This document shows positions 22,070 to 31,504 of a stretch of 40,438 bases of DNA, piece by piece. A program made the translations under genes and the position numbers. Source of the stretch: a virus; the IMG/VR virus record IMGVR_UViG_3300045988_169891, positions 1 through 40,438 of that record. One strand, 5' to 3'. Positions within the stretch are counted from its first letter, which is position 1, and each line of letters starts with the position of its first letter. The notes beneath the pieces are model-generated. The model was not told where the DNA came from, did no database searches, and saw only the letters and a list, made by a program, of their open reading frames with translations.

Positions 22070-22310
22070 CCCGACGCCGATGGGGTAGGGGCGTTCGGAT
22101 TTGCCAGACGGTTTCGGGGGGCCTCCCCTCCCGCGCGCACCAGACCTCTCTCTCCTGACCTGGCCACCCTATCGCGCGCGATGGCTCGGAATCGGTTTTA
22201 TTCCGCCGTTTCTGAGGGGCGTATTTTTCCGGTTGTTTTCCGGTGGCTCGGTTCGTTTGGTTGGTAATTGGGTTGTTTTTGCCGCCAGTTCGGCTGATTG
22301 GGGGTTGATT
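22070..22310. other. 240-bp non-coding region upstream of terS: candidate cos / terminase recognition region
   Basis: There is no credible ORF. It holds a G-run/C-run block (GGGGGGCCTCCCCTCCC), CGCGCGC/GCGCGCG elements, and then phased T tracts with GGTT repeats (22190-22300). Confidence 0.4.
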
Positions 22311-22922
22311 ATGAGTGCTTCCAAGGATCAGCGGGCTCTTGACATGTTCATGGGCGCCGAACCGTTGCAAAGGATTCGTGACGAGCTTGGTTTCAAGACC
22401 GTCACGTCGGCCGAGGCGGCGATACGCCGTGCCCTGGCCGAGAAGCGCAAGGGCAAGGACTACGACACCGAACGCCAGCTCGAGCTGGAACGCATCGACG
22501 CCATGTTCAGGATCGAATACCCCTTGGCCAAGCAGGGTGATTCCGCGGCCATGAGCACGTGCCTGTCCCTGTCGGAGAAGCGCATGCGCCTATTGGACAA
22601 GCCTGGCGATCATGAGGGCATCACCGCCAGCTATGAGGCGACGCTCAAGGCGCTGGCCATCACCGACGCGGATTCCGCATTGGTGGCGACCGGACGGGCG
22701 GTGGCCCGGCAGATCGACTACGCGCTGCGCCACGGCCAGGGGCAGGAGGTCACCAAGGCCCTGTATCTGGTGCCTCACCTGATGAACGTGCTGCGAGAGC
22801 TCGGCGCGACGCCCGCGGCGAGGAAACAGCTCAAGGAGTACGCCGGCGCCGCAGCGGCCGAATCGGACAGCGAGCCGGTGGACGAGCTCACGGCGTTCCG
22901 TCGCCGCAAGTTCGGCATCTAG
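22311..22922 (+). CDS. terS: terminase small subunit (by position and size)
   Basis: 203 aa, directly upstream of the large terminase. Helical, with an N-terminal HTH-like segment. Internal Met of track ORF 22101..22922. Confidence 0.65.
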   Translation: MSASKDQRALDMFMGAEPLQRIRDELGFKTVTSAEAAIRRALAEKRKGKDYDTERQLELERIDAMFRIEYPLAKQGDSAAMSTCLSLSEKRMRLLDKPGDHEGITASYEATLKALAITDADSALVATGRAVARQIDYALRHGQGQEVTKALYLVPHLMNVLRELGATPAARKQLKEYAGAAAAESDSEPVDELTAFRRRKFGI

Positions 22923-22944
22923 ACCTGGGAGGATCGGAGCAGCC

Positions 22945-24522
22945 ATGTCGAAGCATTACGGCCGCACCGAACCGAGGCTGTGGACGAAGCCGCTGCGCGA
23001 GCTCACCCCGGACACATCCTTGGGCTTCGAGGTCATCGACTACGCTCGCCAGATCCTGCACATCGAACTCTACCCGTGGCAGCAGTGGCTGCTCATCCAC
23101 GCGTTGGAGCTGTTGGAGGACGGGATCACCTACCGGTACCGGCGCATCATCGTGCTCGTCGGCCGGCAGAACGGCAAGACCCTGGTGGCCAGCGTGCTCG
23201 CCTCATGGTGGCTGCACGTGGACAGCCAACGCCACCCCGACCGCGTGCCCCCGTTGAGATTCAAGATCGTCGGCACCGCGCAGAACCTCGACATCGCCCG
23301 AGAACCATGGAACAGCGTCAAACTCTGGTGCGACCCCGAACCCGAAACCATCGAGGAACAATCCGCCGCCATCCCCACCCTGCAGGCCGCGACCGCCAAA
23401 GTGAGCGACACGAACGGCAAGGAATACATCAAAAGCCGAACGCTCGCAGTCTACGAGATCCGCGCCGCGAAAAACGCGCGAGGCAAGCCGGCAGCCCGAG
23501 TCATCATGGACGAACTGCGAGAACAGAAGGACTGGGCCGCATGGAACGCGCTGAGCCCGACCATGAAGAGCTTCTGGAACGGCCAACTCTGGGGCATCAG
23601 CAACGCGGGCGACAGCACCAGCGTGGTACTCATCCAACAGCGCGACGCGGCACTCGAATTCATCGACTCCTGGCACCGCACCGTCGAATCAGGACTCATG
23701 GACGCCGCCGAATACGCAGGCCGCCACGACTGCTCCCTCGCACTGTTCGAATGGAGCGCCGAACCCGACTGCCCGAAGGACGATCTGGAAGCGATACTCC
23801 AATCCAACCCCAGCATCGGATTCGGCTCGCAGACAGTGGAAGGCGTGCTCGCCGACATCCCCGGCATGACCGACGCCGGCTACCGGACCGAAGACCTCTG
23901 CCAATGGGTCACCGCGAAGGTCGAAGGCTACATCGACGCCAACGATTGGACGAACACCTTGGCCAAACCATTCGACATCCGAATCCCCACCGGTGCACGC
24001 ACCGTGTGGGGAATCGACGTGAGCGTCGACCGATCCCACACCTGGATCGCCGCCGCCGTGCTCGACGCCAACGGCAACCCCGTGGTCAGCCTGCGCGAAC
24101 GCCGCAAAGGCCTGATGTGGGTGCCCGAATACATGCAGCATCTGGCCGAGGAATCCGGCATGTGGGAGGTCGCCATCCAATCCAAAGGATGCCCCGCCAT
24201 GGAATTCATCGAACCCATGAAGCAGCTCGGCTTCACCGTCCACGGGATCGACGGCAGCCACATCGGCCTCGCGACCGGCCGCCTGCGAGACCGCGTGCGC
24301 GAACACCGGCTCATCCACGCTCCACAGCCACTCGTCGACCAGGCCATCGAAGGCGGCGTCACCAAGGTCATCGCCGAAAACGAGGCATGGGACCGACGCC
24401 GGTCGATCGTCGACATCAGCGGCGTCGCCGCCATCACCGTAGCCCTCTACGGGCTCGAAACCTGCGAACCGGTCGAACCGGAACACAGCGCATACGAGCA
24501 ATACGACCTCCTCACCTTCTGA
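22945..24522 (+). CDS. terL: terminase large subunit
   Basis: 525 aa. Walker A-like VGRQNGKT, Walker B-like RVIMDEL, and a C-terminal nuclease-like region. Confidence 0.9.
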   Translation: MSKHYGRTEPRLWTKPLRELTPDTSLGFEVIDYARQILHIELYPWQQWLLIHALELLEDGITYRYRRIIVLVGRQNGKTLVASVLASWWLHVDSQRHPDRVPPLRFKIVGTAQNLDIAREPWNSVKLWCDPEPETIEEQSAAIPTLQAATAKVSDTNGKEYIKSRTLAVYEIRAAKNARGKPAARVIMDELREQKDWAAWNALSPTMKSFWNGQLWGISNAGDSTSVVLIQQRDAALEFIDSWHRTVESGLMDAAEYAGRHDCSLALFEWSAEPDCPKDDLEAILQSNPSIGFGSQTVEGVLADIPGMTDAGYRTEDLCQWVTAKVEGYIDANDWTNTLAKPFDIRIPTGARTVWGIDVSVDRSHTWIAAAVLDANGNPVVSLRERRKGLMWVPEYMQHLAEESGMWEVAIQSKGCPAMEFIEPMKQLGFTVHGIDGSHIGLATGRLRDRVREHRLIHAPQPLVDQAIEGGVTKVIAENEAWDRRRSIVDISGVAAITVALYGLETCEPVEPEHSAYEQYDLLTF

Positions 24523-24536
24523 CGAAAGGAACCAGC

Positions 24537-24761
24537 ATGCTTTCACGCCACCCATTGCGCAGGTCCATCGGACGACGCATCGTCGCCCGCATCGACACCG
24601 TCACCTGGCGAGGCCGGCTCGCCGCATACTCATGCGGATGGCTGGAACTCAAGGACGCCAGCGTAGTGGACCCGGTCACCGGCGCCACCGGCGCCGACGG
24701 CCTGATCCTCCTGCCCGAAACACGCATCGACTTCATCCAAATCGCACCGGAGGCCGACTGA
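24537..24761 (+). CDS. hypothetical protein (74 aa)
   Basis: ATG follows AAAGGAACCAGC. It lies at the end of track ORF 22980..24761. Confidence 0.55.
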   Translation: MLSRHPLRRSIGRRIVARIDTVTWRGRLAAYSCGWLELKDASVVDPVTGATGADGLILLPETRIDFIQIAPEAD

Positions 24762-26041
24762 TGGCGGGACTCTACTTCGAACACAACGGGCTGCTCAACG
24801 ACTGGACGGCCGCCAACAACATCGAAGTCGTCGACGCCGGCCAGCCACTCCTCTCCTACGACGCGGAACCCGACGGGCACGGCGTGAAAAGCCACCCATT
24901 GCGCGAGGTCACCGACTTCATCGCACGCATGATCAGCAGCCTGCCCCTCAAGGTCTACAAACGCGAACCCGACGGCGGACGCAGCCGCGTCAGGGAAGGC
25001 CCCCTGGCCGTGCTCGTCGCCAACCCGAGCGGCAACCCCGCCATACCACCCAGCATGTTCTGGTACGCGCTCATCCAGGACGGCCTCTTGGCCGACCGGT
25101 ACCTCGCCATCATCGACCAAACCGCCAACGGCCTGCGATTGAAACGCATCCCCGCCCGCCGCTGGAGGCCCACCGTCGACGACTTCGACGAACCCACCGG
25201 CGCCAAGGTATGGATCGACCCCGCGAACCCCGCCCGGTTCGACATCCACACGGACGGCATCATCATGAACGTCGGCTATGCGTTCGCCAGCGGCAAAGGC
25301 GAACCCAAACGTCGACGCCTGCGGGAAATCCTCGAGGAATACGACGCGAGCCTGAAATACCGCGCCGAAGTCAACCGGCACGGCATCCGAAGCCCGCTCG
25401 TCATCGAACGCGACAAGCCATGGCCCGACGCCACCTCCCGCGAACGCTTCCAACGCGGCATGAAGCAATTCACCAGCGGGCAAAGCGGGGCCGGCGGCGG
25501 CATGCTCCTGGACGACGGCATGCATGCCACCGCCCTCAACGGGTTCAAACCCATCGACGTGGACGACCTCAACGCCCGCGACAAGGTCAAGATCGACGTG
25601 GCCAACGCCTACGGCATCCCACCCGAGATCATCGGCATCAGGGAAGGCAACTTCAGCAACCTCACCGCTTTCAAACAGATGCTCTACGGCACCTACCTGG
25701 ACCCGTACATCGTCAGCCTCGAGCAGACCCTGAACCTGTGCCTGCGCGACCGACTGCAGATCTACGACAAGGGCGTATACCTCGAATTCGACCGCGACGC
25801 CCAACTGCGCGGCGATCCCGAAGCCCAATACAAGGCGCTCGTCACCGCCACGGGCCGACCCATATTCACCACCAACGAGGCACGCGAACTCCTCAACAGG
25901 ACCAAGCTCGACGAGGGCGAAGGCCTCGTCACCCCGCTCAACGTGCTCATCGGCGGCCAGACCAGCCCCAACGACGGGCAGACCGAAAGCAGGGGAGACG
26001 CCCAACTGCCAACCAGCGAACCAGAGAAAGGACAGCCATGA
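24761..26041 (+). CDS. portal protein (HK97-type)
   Basis: 426 aa, between the terminase and the prohead protease. The start overlaps the previous stop (TGATG). Confidence 0.85.
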   Translation: MAGLYFEHNGLLNDWTAANNIEVVDAGQPLLSYDAEPDGHGVKSHPLREVTDFIARMISSLPLKVYKREPDGGRSRVREGPLAVLVANPSGNPAIPPSMFWYALIQDGLLADRYLAIIDQTANGLRLKRIPARRWRPTVDDFDEPTGAKVWIDPANPARFDIHTDGIIMNVGYAFASGKGEPKRRRLREILEEYDASLKYRAEVNRHGIRSPLVIERDKPWPDATSRERFQRGMKQFTSGQSGAGGGMLLDDGMHATALNGFKPIDVDDLNARDKVKIDVANAYGIPPEIIGIREGNFSNLTAFKQMLYGTYLDPYIVSLEQTLNLCLRDRLQIYDKGVYLEFDRDAQLRGDPEAQYKALVTATGRPIFTTNEARELLNRTKLDEGEGLVTPLNVLIGGQTSPNDGQTESRGDAQLPTSEPEKGQP

Positions 26042-26670
26042 TGCTGACCAAGACCATACGCACGCCGGTCAAGGCGCGCACCAACGAGGAAGGCGAAACG
26101 ACCGGATTCACCGGCTACGCCGCCGTATTCGGCAACATCGACCTCGGCGGCGACAAGATCGTCAAGGGCGCGTTCACCCAGACCCTCGCCAGCCGATACC
26201 CGGATCATGGCGCCGGAATCCCCGTCTACTGGAACCACGACACCGACGACCCGTTCAAGAACCTCGGCCTGACCACCAGCGCCATCGAGGACGAGCACGG
26301 GCTCAAGGTCGAAGGCGACATCGACACCGGCACCGCACTCGGCAAACAGGTCGCCAAACTCCTCAAGGAGAACCGCGTCAGCCAGATGAGCTTCGCGTTC
26401 GACATCGAGGACGGCGCATGGGTCGACAGCCGGAAAAACGACGACGGCACCATCAGCCCCGGCTACTACGAGCTGCGCCGGCTCGACCTATACGAGGTCT
26501 CCATATGCCCGATCGGCATGAACCAGGCAACCGAGGTCAGCGCCAAGAAAGCCGTCCTCGGCCTCGACCCCGACCAGCAGCCGGAACACGACGAGAAAAC
26601 CGCCGCCACGGATCCCGCCCCGCGCAAAACCGACGCCGCACGCCGCCTGCGCCTCCTCAACCTCCAATAA
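26038..26670 (+). CDS. prohead (HK97-family) maturation protease
   Basis: GYAAVFGNIDLGGDKI, NHD and VSICPIGMN motifs, between the portal and capsid genes. ATGA overlap. Confidence 0.85.
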   Translation: MMLTKTIRTPVKARTNEEGETTGFTGYAAVFGNIDLGGDKIVKGAFTQTLASRYPDHGAGIPVYWNHDTDDPFKNLGLTTSAIEDEHGLKVEGDIDTGTALGKQVAKLLKENRVSQMSFAFDIEDGAWVDSRKNDDGTISPGYYELRRLDLYEVSICPIGMNQATEVSAKKAVLGLDPDQQPEHDEKTAATDPAPRKTDAARRLRLLNLQ

Positions 26671-26702
26671 ACCAACCACACCCTCCGAAAGGAACACCCA
26701 TA

Positions 26703-27950
26703 ATGCATCTCCAGCAGCAGATCAACGACCTCAAGAAAACCGCACGGGAAATCCTCGCCAACGCCGACAACGAGCACCGCGACCTCACCGCCGCGGAAAA
26801 GAAGGAATTCGACGACACCTGTACCAAGGCCGAAACCCTCCAGCAGGTACTCGCCAACGCCGAAGCCAACACCAAACGACTCGACGGCATCCTCACCGGC
26901 GACACCAAGAGCCTCGGCGAAGCCGAAAAGAACGAGGACAATCTCGAAGGCCACGACCTCGGCCAGCGATTCGTCAGCGGCCTCGCCTACAAGACCTGGC
27001 ACAAGACCGCCGACACACTCGGCACCGGCGGCGCCATCCGCATCGACAAGACCCGCATCGGCACCATGGACGAATACTTCCAGGCCAAGGCCGGCAACGC
27101 CATCGGCACGCCCATCGCCCACCTGCAGCCCACACGCATGCCAGCCGTCGACCTGATCAACCGGCCCGCCATCACCCTGCTCGACCTCATCAGCCGAGGC
27201 AGCACCAAAGGCGACTTCGAATACCTGCAGATCCTGAGCGTCACCCGCAACACCGGAATCATCCCCGAAAACACCGGCGACGACGCCACCGACACGCAGA
27301 AACCACAGTCCACATTCGCCACCGCGCTCGCCGACGCGAAGGTCTACGGCTACGCCGACGGCTACACCGTCACCAACCAGCTGCTCGAAGACGATTCCGC
27401 CATGGCCAGCTTCCTGCAGAACGAATTCGACTACAGCTTCCAGCTCAAGCTCGCCGACATGCTGCTCAACGGCACCGGCACCAACGGCCAGCCCAAGGGC
27501 CTGCTCAACACCACCGGCGTGCAGGCGGGGAACTGGACCAAGGCCGACGACGAGGCGCGCAACCTCGTGGTCGCCATCCGCCAGTCCCTGACCAAGCTGC
27601 GCGCCGTAGGCGCCACCGCGTCCGCGATCCTCGTCAACCCCGAAGACGCCGAGAAGATCGACCTCATGACCGACGTCAACAAGCGATTCATGGGCAACGG
27701 CCCCTTCGGCACCGGCCCCACCACCGTATGGGGCCGCCCGCTCGTCGAATGCGACCAGATCGCAGCCGGCAAGGCCATCGTCGGCGACTTCCGCCAGATG
27801 GCCCTGCTCGACCGCAGCGGCCTGACCGTCGAAGCATTCAACCAGCACAAGGACTACGCCAGCCGCAACCTCACCTACGTACGCGCCGAACTGCGCGCCG
27901 CACAGGTCATCTGGCGCCCCGCCAACTTCGTCGTACTGGAGGCCAAGTGA
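26703..27950 (+). CDS. major capsid protein, HK97 fold with N-terminal delta (scaffold) domain
   Basis: 415 aa. The first ~100 aa form a coiled coil, followed by a capsid-like body. The position after the protease fits. Confidence 0.9.
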   Translation: MHLQQQINDLKKTAREILANADNEHRDLTAAEKKEFDDTCTKAETLQQVLANAEANTKRLDGILTGDTKSLGEAEKNEDNLEGHDLGQRFVSGLAYKTWHKTADTLGTGGAIRIDKTRIGTMDEYFQAKAGNAIGTPIAHLQPTRMPAVDLINRPAITLLDLISRGSTKGDFEYLQILSVTRNTGIIPENTGDDATDTQKPQSTFATALADAKVYGYADGYTVTNQLLEDDSAMASFLQNEFDYSFQLKLADMLLNGTGTNGQPKGLLNTTGVQAGNWTKADDEARNLVVAIRQSLTKLRAVGATASAILVNPEDAEKIDLMTDVNKRFMGNGPFGTGPTTVWGRPLVECDQIAAGKAIVGDFRQMALLDRSGLTVEAFNQHKDYASRNLTYVRAELRAAQVIWRPANFVVLEAK

Positions 27951-28171
27951 TGAGCAGCCAAATCGCAATGCAGGTCATCAACGGCATCCGCTACCGCCCC
28001 GAAGACGCGCCACGCCACGCGGCCACCGAACCTCCCGCAATCGAGGCACCCGTGGAAACCCCGCAACCCGAGCCCGAATCCGAAACCATCGAACCGGTGG
28101 CGGGCGTACTCACCGCAGACGAGGCCAAGGCCAACGCCAAAGCCACGAAGGCCACCAAAAAGGAGGCCTGA
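27950..28171 (+). CDS. hypothetical head-associated protein (73 aa)
   Basis: TGATG overlap. Internal Met of track ORF 27728..28171. Confidence 0.6.
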   Translation: MSSQIAMQVINGIRYRPEDAPRHAATEPPAIEAPVETPQPEPESETIEPVAGVLTADEAKANAKATKATKKEA

Positions 28172-28537
28172 ATGACAGCGGCACAATTCCGCATAGTCCA
28201 ACAGCCACTCGACCCGACCACCGCAGTCGGCGAAATCGCCCTGTACGACGCGGACGGCAAACCCCTCGACCTCTCAGGCGGAGGCCAGAAAATCACCAGC
28301 GTCAAAGCCACCGCGCTCGCCGCCGGCACGGCTCCCACCGCGACACTCGCCAACGGGGTGTTGACCATCGGCATTCCGGCAGGAGCCAAAGGCGATCCGG
28401 GCACTCCAGGTACGGATGGAGTCGGCGTGAAATCCATCAGCCTGACCAGGGGTTCCGACGGCAACATAACCGGCGGCACCCTGACCAAGACCGACAACTC
28501 CACGGCCGCGATCCCCGTAACCACGGCCACCGCCTGA
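28172..28537 (+). CDS. hypothetical structural protein with short collagen-like stretch (GAKGDPGTPGTDG)
   Basis: Track ORF, 121 aa. Confidence 0.7.
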   Translation: MTAAQFRIVQQPLDPTTAVGEIALYDADGKPLDLSGGGQKITSVKATALAAGTAPTATLANGVLTIGIPAGAKGDPGTPGTDGVGVKSISLTRGSDGNITGGTLTKTDNSTAAIPVTTATA

Positions 28538-28552
28538 TGGAAGGAGCCAGCC

Positions 28553-29074
28553 ATGCCGATTCCCGACATCGTCGACGGCAATCCCCAGATCGACACGCAA
28601 TGGTGGATGAAGGCCGCACAGGCATCAATCCGCCGTTACTGCGGCTGGCACGTCACCCCCGATATCGACGAGACGCTCAAGGTCGACGCCTACGGTGGCA
28701 GCATCCTCACGCTGCCGTCCAAACACGTCAACTCCATCACAAGCATCCTTGTCGACGGCAGGGAACTCGTCGACCGGATTGATTGGAGCGTGGCCGGCAC
28801 CATCCAGCTGCGCACGGGATGCTGGCCGGACAGGCCCGGAAGCGTCACCGTGACGCTCAACCACGGGTATCCGCGAGACGAAGTGCCGGAAATCGCCGAA
28901 CTGTTGCGCACCCTCGCCAAGAGGGCGCGAACCCAGCCCGGCGTGGCCAGCCAGTCCGTCAACGGCGCATCGGTCAGCTACCTCACCTACGGGGGCACCA
29001 CCCTCGGCGTGCAGCTCCTGCAGGTCGAACAGTCCATGCTCGACCCGTATCGACTGAACTGGGGGCCACGATGA
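28553..29074 (+). CDS. head-tail connector/adaptor protein (by position)
   Basis: Track ORF, 173 aa, first gene after the capsid block. Confidence 0.7.
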   Translation: MPIPDIVDGNPQIDTQWWMKAAQASIRRYCGWHVTPDIDETLKVDAYGGSILTLPSKHVNSITSILVDGRELVDRIDWSVAGTIQLRTGCWPDRPGSVTVTLNHGYPRDEVPEIAELLRTLAKRARTQPGVASQSVNGASVSYLTYGGTTLGVQLLQVEQSMLDPYRLNWGPR

Positions 29075-29463
29075 ATTTCGAAGACAGCATCAATGAGATC
29101 AGCGATTTCGGCATGGCCAGCCTCACGCCGATGACCCGGCAGCGGGCCCGGCCGATCATGGGCGACGGAGGCCTCGTCTACGACGAGGACTGGTCGAACC
29201 CGCTCGTCCTCGCGTTCGAGGGGTATCTGTATAGCCGTTCCAGCGTCGACTCCGCCACAAGCGAACCCCGCGACCAGGGCATCGTGAGCGACAAGCAGCT
29301 CATCGTCCCGGATCCGGACATCGACATCAAGGTCCACGACCGGATCATCATCAACGGCGACACGTGGCGGGTGACCGGGATCCCTGCTTCCGACAGGAAT
29401 CCCTACACCGGTTGGCGGCCCACCCTGGTCGCCGACCTCGAACAGGTGGCGGGAGGCGGCTGA
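29071..29463 (+). CDS. head closure / head-tail joining protein (by position)
   Basis: ATGA overlap, 130 aa. Confidence 0.65.
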   Translation: MNFEDSINEISDFGMASLTPMTRQRARPIMGDGGLVYDEDWSNPLVLAFEGYLYSRSSVDSATSEPRDQGIVSDKQLIVPDPDIDIKVHDRIIINGDTWRVTGIPASDRNPYTGWRPTLVADLEQVAGGG

Positions 29464-29753
29464 TGGCCAAGATGGGCGACACCGACATGCACTTCAACCA
29501 GGCGTACTTCGACACGATCCTCAAGGAGCCCGGCATCGACGGGATGTGCGAGGAAAAGGCGAAACAGGCCCTGCAGATCGCCGTCGCCACCGCGCCCGTG
29601 GTCACCGGCAACTACCGGGACAGCCTGTATGTGGAGCACGTCGAATTCAGGAACCGCAACGCATGGCAGGTGGTCAGCAGCGAGGAGGACTACGCGATGG
29701 CCGTCGAAACCAAGCACCACACGCTCGCCAACGCGATGAGGCAGGTGAAATGA
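29463..29753 (+). CDS. HK97 gp10-like tail-completion/neck protein
   Basis: TGATG overlap, 96 aa. AVATAPVVTGNYRDSL resembles the gp10-family TG.L..S motif. Confidence 0.65.
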   Translation: MAKMGDTDMHFNQAYFDTILKEPGIDGMCEEKAKQALQIAVATAPVVTGNYRDSLYVEHVEFRNRNAWQVVSSEEDYAMAVETKHHTLANAMRQVK

Positions 29754-30181
29754 CGACCATCGTACTGCCCGCCGACCTCAAACGCTGGGCCGTGGAATAC
29801 CTGGCGGGCCGGCTCGGCCGGCTCGGCCATGACGTGGACATCGGCACCAAAACCCCGAAGACCATGCCCTACCCGCTCGCCAGGCCGCTCATCACGGTCG
29901 ACGAGCTCACGCCCACGAAATACGACCTCGTGCAATGGGACCAGGAACTCGCCGTCAACATCCGCGCCGGAACCCGTCAGAACGACCGGGAGTGCGACGA
30001 CCTCGCGCGCCTGATCGCCGCGCTCCTCACCGATCCGACGATCAGCCAGGCCGCGGCAAGCCCCATCACCAGCGTGGAGGCGTGCAGCGGCCCCTATCCG
30101 ATCGCCGACACGGCCGACGTGGCCCACTCGTATCTCACCGTCGAATACCACTGCATGGGCGAGATACGCGAAACAGAATAA
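29750..30181 (+). CDS. tail terminator-like protein (by position)
   Basis: ATGA overlap, 143 aa. Confidence 0.65.
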   Translation: MTTIVLPADLKRWAVEYLAGRLGRLGHDVDIGTKTPKTMPYPLARPLITVDELTPTKYDLVQWDQELAVNIRAGTRQNDRECDDLARLIAALLTDPTISQAAASPITSVEACSGPYPIADTADVAHSYLTVEYHCMGEIRETE

Positions 30182-30207
30182 CCGGATTTTTTGGAAAGGA
30201 AATCATC

Positions 30208-30768
30208 ATGACAGCAGACGTCGAGGGCAACGACCTTACCAAGGTCTTCGTGCCCATCACCGGCTTCCTCGCCGTGCAGCTCACCGGCGAAGCCAAATGG
30301 GTGGAACCCGCGGCAGGCGCGGCCACACCGCTCGTGCTCCCAGAAGGCTACGTCAAGGTCGGCCTGTTCAAACAGGACGGCGGCCCGCAGGACGGCGGCG
30401 ACAAGGAAGACGACATCGAATTCTTCCAGGAAGGCTACAAGCTCGGAGGCTCCAAGAGCCGCACCCTGCAGGTCACGCTCGCCGAATTCAACGACGTCGT
30501 CCGCCAGCTCACCACCGGCAAGACCCCGGATGCCAACGGCATGATCACCGTCGATGGCGACAATGACAGCACCTTCCCCATGTTCGAGGTGCTGAAGGGC
30601 AAGAACGGCATGAGCCTGCGCCGCAACGGCCTCGGCCGCATCCAGACCGTCGAACCCGACCAGAGCACACGAGGCGAGGCCGGCGGCAACGCCGTCACCT
30701 TCGACTGGATCCGCAACGACGAATGGGGCGGATTCTACCGCGAATGGCTCGTCGCCCCAAAACCCTGA
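30208..30768 (+). CDS. major tail protein
   Basis: 186 aa after GGAAAGGAAATCATC. It lies upstream of the chaperone pair and tape measure, and a hairpin follows the region. Confidence 0.8.
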   Translation: MTADVEGNDLTKVFVPITGFLAVQLTGEAKWVEPAAGAATPLVLPEGYVKVGLFKQDGGPQDGGDKEDDIEFFQEGYKLGGSKSRTLQVTLAEFNDVVRQLTTGKTPDANGMITVDGDNDSTFPMFEVLKGKNGMSLRRNGLGRIQTVEPDQSTRGEAGGNAVTFDWIRNDEWGGFYREWLVAPKP

Positions 30769-31040
30769 CGTCGGTGACGGTCACCTCCGAAACCGGAGGA
30801 ACGCTGCCGACGAACCTCAAAGCCGGAGCCACGCTCAAGCTCGGCGCCAAAGCCACCTACACGGACGGCACCAGCAGCATGGCCACAAGCCAGGCGACCT
30901 TCACGTCACTGGACACGGCCATCGCCACGGTCAACGGCAACACGCTCACCCTCATCAAGGAGGGCACCGCCAAAGTCACCGCAACCATCGGCGCCAAGAC
31001 CAGCGGCACGACGACCATACCCGTGGCCGCAGCCGCCTAA
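30762..31040 (+). CDS. -1 frameshift extension of the major tail protein encoding a Big_2-type Ig-like domain
   Basis: The slippery heptamer C_CCA_AAA (30756-30762) ends 4 nt before the zero-frame stop. The -1 frame continues TLTSVTVTSETGGTLPTNLKAGATLKLGAKATYTDGTSS...ATVNGNTLTLIKEGTAKVTATIG, typical of bacterial Ig-like group 2 domains. Confidence 0.65.
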   Translation, partial: TLTSVTVTSETGGTLPTNLKAGATLKLGAKATYTDGTSSMATSQATFTSLDTAIATVNGNTLTLIKEGTAKVTATIGAKTSGTTTIPVAAAA

Positions 31041-31047
31041 CCAAAAC

Positions 31048-31082
31048 GTCTCCCGCAACGCAGTCGGGTCGCTGCGGGAGAC
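31048..31082 (+). terminator. hairpin after the major tail protein region
   Basis: GTCTCCCGCA (31048-31057) pairs with TGCGGGAGAC (31073-31082). No T tract. Confidence 0.4.
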
Positions 31083-31138
31083 CCCCACCAACCCGACAAA
31101 CCCATGCAGTCCCCACGATCATCGAAAGGCACCCGACC

Positions 31139-31504
31139 ATGACCACCAACACCATCCCCGACATCGACTTCGACGACTGGACCAGCGAACAGGAAGAAGC
31201 CGCACTCAAACAGCTCGCCCAGGCCGCGAAATGCAAATACGCCATCGGCGACAACCACTTCTACGGCAAATTCCCCGACGGCACCATCATCAGCATGCCA
31301 CTGAACCTCAGCCTCGACGACGTCAACGACATCACCGAAGGCGACGTATCCAGCGTCGACCAGTTCACCCGCCTCATCGAAAAAATCGCCGGCAAGGACG
31401 ACGCAAAGAAATTCCTCGCCCAACCCACACCATCCATGATCGACATGGCCAACAAATACTTCGAAACCTTCCAAAAACTCAACCAGCTCGTCCTGGAAAA
31501 ATAA
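31139..31504 (+). CDS. tail assembly chaperone (gpG-like)
   Basis: 121 aa, acidic, immediately upstream of the tape measure gene. Confidence 0.8.
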   Translation: MTTNTIPDIDFDDWTSEQEEAALKQLAQAAKCKYAIGDNHFYGKFPDGTIISMPLNLSLDDVNDITEGDVSSVDQFTRLIEKIAGKDDAKKFLAQPTPSMIDMANKYFETFQKLNQLVLEK

